Positions 24,546-64,000 of a stretch of DNA of 64,000 bases are shown one piece after another (positions within the stretch are counted from its first letter, which is position 1; each line of letters begins with the position of its first letter). Where the stretch lies: assembly GCA_002269645.1 (NCBI GenBank), contig NIVC01000980.1, positions 310,001-374,000 of the forward strand. The letters run 5' to 3'. The notes under the pieces were generated by a model that made no database searches, was not told the origin of the DNA, and worked only from the letters and a program-made list of their open reading frames with translations. The stretch comes from Macrostomum lignano. Taxonomy: Eukaryota. Both the position numbers and the translations under genes were made by a program.

Positions 24546-25011
24546 CTGTCTATTCCGGGTGCATTTTAATTTGTACGTTCTTATTGTCAGCTATTGTTTT
24601 TGTATTAAAGCAGGATTTAAGCTCGCTTAAAAATCAGCCATGCACCGTATTCTACATGCATGAACACATGGTTCAGTCCAACAAGTTTTCAAGAAGACTC
24701 CTAGAAATCGTTCGTTATACACGATACTGCTCTATGACACGATACTGACATACATGTATAACATCAGCTGATGAGGCAGCATGTTCTTTAGTAGATTTTA
24801 ATGCAAATGCTCATAAGTACTCATAATCATCTCTGAATGGAAAACAAGAAGTAAAGACGATCAATGTTTTTCCATCTGCACTGCCAGTGTTCTTCATTGC
24901 GTTAACTTGAGCATTTATAACGATAAAAATAATAAATCATATGGCTGAGCTCTGATACTCCTCCTTCTTCAATCTGTGCAACGAATAATATTTGTTATTC
25001 ATTCCCCTCTT

Positions 25012-25866
25012 CCACCCTCCCAGATACTCAGTTGCTGGACCAGCCTCCCAGACCCTCAGTTGCTGGGCCATCCACCCAGATCCTCAGTTGCTGGGCCAGC
25101 CTCCCAGATCCTCAGTTGCTGGGCCAGCCTCCCAGATCCTCAGTTGCTGTGCCAGCTTCCCAGACCCTCAGTTACTGGGCCAACCTCCCAGATCCTCAGT
25201 TGCTAGGCCAGCCTCCCAGATCCTCAGTTGCTTGGCCAGCCTCTCAGATCCTCAGTGTTGCTGGGCCAGCCTCCCAGATCCTCAGTTGCTGGGCCAGCCT
25301 CCCAGATCCTCAGTCGCTGGGCCAGCCTCCCAGACCCTCAGTTACTGGGCCAACCTCCCAGATCCTCAGTTGCTGGGCCAGCCTCCCAGATCCTCAGTGT
25401 CTGGGCCAGCCTGGCAGATCCTCAGTTGCTGGGCCAGCCTGGCAGATCCTCAGTTGCTGGGCCAGCCTCTCAGATCATCAGTTGCCAGGCCAGCCTCCCA
25501 AGTCCTCAGTGTCTGGGCCAGCCTCCCAGGTCCTCATTGTCTGGGCCAGCCTCCTAGAGTGTCAGTTGCTGGGCCAGCCTCCCAGATCCTCAGTTGCTGG
25601 GCCAGCCTCCCAGATCCTCAGTCGCTGGGCCAGCCTCCCAGATCCTCAGTTGCTGGGCCAGCCTCCCAGACCCTCAGTTGCTGCTTGCTGGGCATCCACC
25701 CAGATCCTCAGTTGCTGGGCCAGCCTCCGAGATCCTCAGTTGCTGTGCCAGCCTCCCAGACCCTCAGTTACTGGGCCAACCTCCCAGATCCTCAGTTGCT
25801 TGGCCAGCCTCTCAGATCCTCAGTGTTGCTGGGCCAGCCTCCCAGATCCTCAGTTGCTGGGCAGCC
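25012..25866 (+). repeat. 28-bp minisatellite family A, locus 3
   Basis: About 30 units between the convergent ABCG and SBF genes. Confidence 0.95.
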
Positions 25867-27026
25867 CAGCACACAAAGAACTCAGCAGTGCGGACCCGAT
25901 CTCATCATGAAGCAGTTCAGTATAAAAATGTTTAAGGTTAGCCGCCCTATCTATGACAGGCCAAGCGCAGACAGACTCAGTCCTGTCAGTAATAATCAAT
26001 CTATTTATGATAATATATTAAATATTTAGCAAAGTCTAAAAAAGTGCTTGACACCGCCAGATAGAGGAGACCCAGTCACATCAAAGAGTAAATGTGAGAA
26101 AAAGAGAGTAAAAAACAGAATTCAATAAAGCACAGGAGTTGCACTGTCAGCTTGGTTGTATTGCAGTAATCGAAAGCGATATTGTTAAAATAAAATATCA
26201 GTTATCAGGCGAAACCACAGAGAGAAAGCTGAAAGAGTCAGCGAAATATGCAGAGAGAAGTGTTTATTTACAGCAGGACAAGCTCAAACAGAAGCCTCGG
26301 GCAGCGGCTGTGAGAGTTGGCAAGGCTAAGCCGAAAGCGGGGTTGAAATGAAGCTCAAAATAACAATAAATAAACGCTATTTGGTAACTTCACGTTACCG
26401 ACACTAATGACTAAATAGATCACTTGCATATGCGCTATTCAACTACTTTTCAAATCAGTAGTATCATTCAAAACAGTTATTATATCATAATTCGCTATTG
26501 TTGTCGTCTTTTACTACTGAAATGATTTTGAAAGTAAGTAGTAACAGCGAAAGTGACTTAATAATTTATTATAGAAACTTTGGAGAGTTGAAATTTTAAA
26601 CAGAAAAAGCTCAAAGCCAGGTGGCAGGGGGCGGATGGAGGAAGCTGCGGCAATTCGAAAGAAAGCCAATTCGTGGAAGCAGAAGCGTAGGCCAAGACCG
26701 AAGGCAACATTAATTTCAAATAGCTAAGAATTTCAATATATAATAGCACAACCAGTAGTACACAACAATACCATTCCACGCCACCTAATACTTGTACACA
26801 ATCTTAGGAAATCGAGTTTAATTTGAATTCCCGCCAAAAATAGGCATCGCAAAAAACAAATACTAAACGGTATCGGTAGAATAGAATACTGGCCCTGTTT
26901 AACAAGATGGTTTGATATTGAACTCTATTTTCTGGGCCTTCAAAACAGCTACCCGAATCGAACAACTTAATGGGTAAAAGGCGGGAGTAAAATTACTGCC
27001 TCGTCACCTAATTAGTGCTCCAATTA

Positions 27027-62214
<35,188 letters not shown>

Positions 62215-63070
62215 CTGATTATTCCTTCTTTAATATAAGAATTGGAGTCACAAAAGAAAAAGATTTAGTCTTAAACTTCTAATTTATATTCTTCAGTTTT
62301 AAGTGGATATAGTCGCATTTTACCTATTTTCTTGTCTTCATGAAAATATATTAAAATGCAACATAAAATAAGAACTATGTTTATCTTATCCGTAGTCTAT
62401 CAACAGTCTCGAAAACAATCAAATTTTAGAACACTTGTAACATTTCAGTAAAAGGCTATCTGGCACAGTAAACCGAAAATGTTGCTTCACTGCCTAGAAA
62501 ATAGATGAAAAATACTAATCAACTGCTTTCCCTTTCTTTTCATAGAAAATCTGAAACTGAATAATTTACTAAACTTAACAAAACTAACTTGATATTTTTA
62601 AAAAAAGTTACGTTTTGGTGAAAATTGTATACCAGTTTTATTTTACCTAAGTGTGCACTTTTATTGAAATTTCTGCATAAGAAGTAAGATTATTATTTTG
62701 AATTTAGTTATTATAGGAAATAGTACAAATTTTTACAGCTTTACTTCAACGTTCAGTAAAAAAAAATTGTTATTTATAGTTCATAATCTTATACCGGTTT
62801 TTATAATGCATTTAGAATTCGAGTGCTATATTCAATTCCATATAAATAAACTTCTCTACTAAACGTCAAGCCTAGTCCAGATCTATTGCAGACTTCTATC
62901 TATCGACTACTCATTTTCTGTCTGTTCAGAATTCAAGAGTTCTCAGTTCTGCCAAAACGTCAAAGTAGTAGAAGTTATTGCGCTACTGTTTAAAGCAACC
63001 TAAATTATAATTTTCTGTCAAATCACCTTTACTAAGACTAGAGTAGGCTCAAGGCCTCATAAAAAATACT
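62215..63070. promoter_or_regulatory. Putative bidirectional promoter and 5' UTR region between SBF (-) and NELFA (+)
   Basis: 856 bp between divergent ATGs at 62214 and 63071; AT-rich; candidate acceptor ttttctgtctgttcAG at 62928-62929. Function is inferred from gene orientation only. Confidence 0.5.
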
Positions 63071-63295
63071 ATGGCAACTCAGTCAACAGACGAAATCATT
63101 GAATGGCATAAGAGATTGGGTGGTGACAACTTTGATTATTGGATTCCACCAACTGTAACGGCCTGTTTTACAGAAGAGAAACTAAAAGCATTGAGTGATA
63201 TTCATTCTTCAGGAAATTTTAGCAACTTATCAGAATGTCTAAAAACAAAGCTTCTTCTTGCATTGTGTAATATGCCACAAAGAAACTCTGATCAG
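63071..63295 (+). CDS. NELFA: Negative elongation factor A, first coding exon; gene continues off the right edge
   Basis: MATQSTDEIIEWHKRLGGDNFDYWIPPTVTACFTEEKLKAL...LKTKLLLALCNMPQR resembles the NELF-A N-terminus as I recall it (WLHNKLG..DELWAPPSIASLLT...KLKLLLG.LHLPRR). Donor CAG|GTAAG at 63295/63296. Confidence 0.8.
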
Positions 63296-64000
63296 GTAAG
63301 TTTTAATTTTGTAACCTATTATTGTTTATTTAAGAGTATGCTTTATAAATGATATAATTATATAGCCTAGCTATTTTAAACTTGGCATTAGCTTAGCAAG
63401 CAAAAGCTCTGCATATATATATGGTCTAAGTCTAATACTAACAGCTATATAGATTGAATATATTGTGATTAAAAATGGCTCTGGCCAAAGTTGTTATTCA
63501 AGATTGTCATATATGGGTTATGAGAAAAACAACTTGGCCTAAATTATCTAAATTGTCATTGTCTTATTATTGTATTGTGTGCATTTACTTAAATTATCAT
63601 ATTGTGTTACATTGGCTATGCAATGATCTCAACTCATTGTGGCAACCATCTGCTTAGAACTTTAGTAATTAGGACTAGGACTAGGACTATTCCTAGTTAA
63701 ATTCATTGGGTCTGACTAAATATTTAGTGTCACATTGTATTGCATTATATTAGTTTAATAAATCTATAATAAGAAGCCATTATATATATTTTTAAACTTT
63801 AGTCAAGATACTATTTAATAGCTATTATAATAGTATATATAAATAAATTTATTCTAAGGTTTTAAAGATATTTTTTGTTCAATTGGATTTTTTTTCAAAG
63901 AAAGTTGATTTGATAATTCAATAAAATTAATTTCTTAATATTTTACTTATTAGGCCCTAGAGTATATCTAAATATACTAAATATTATCTATTATCCATAT

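Overview
Eukaryotic (metazoan) genomic DNA with GT-AG introns, GC-rich exons and introns filled with locus-specific minisatellites. The style suggests a free-living flatworm such as Macrostomum (inference). I assembled six genes by hand from splice sites and reading phases: (1) the first coding exon of a secreted or membrane protein with a PKD/Ig-like start (-, runs off the left edge); (2) a synaptotagmin-like TM-C2-C2 gene (-) whose middle exon carries an in-frame TGA in a UGA-CUG context; (3) a 93-aa neuropeptide precursor (+) missed by the ORF track, ending KR-CRLNDYRACPIG-stop (vasopressin/oxytocin-like with an enlarged ring, no neurophysin); (4) a complete 10-exon ABCG half-transporter (+, 647 aa); (5) a complete 18-exon SBF/MTMR5-13 gene (-, 2240 aa; DENN, GRAM, pseudophosphatase, C1, PH); (6) the first coding exon of NELF-A (+), head-to-head with SBF. 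More than 30 tandem arrays account for nearly all long ORFs in the track. Beyond about 58.7 kb the sequence becomes AT-rich, loses the minisatellites and contains Tc1/mariner-type elements. No rRNA, tRNA or CRISPR array is supported.
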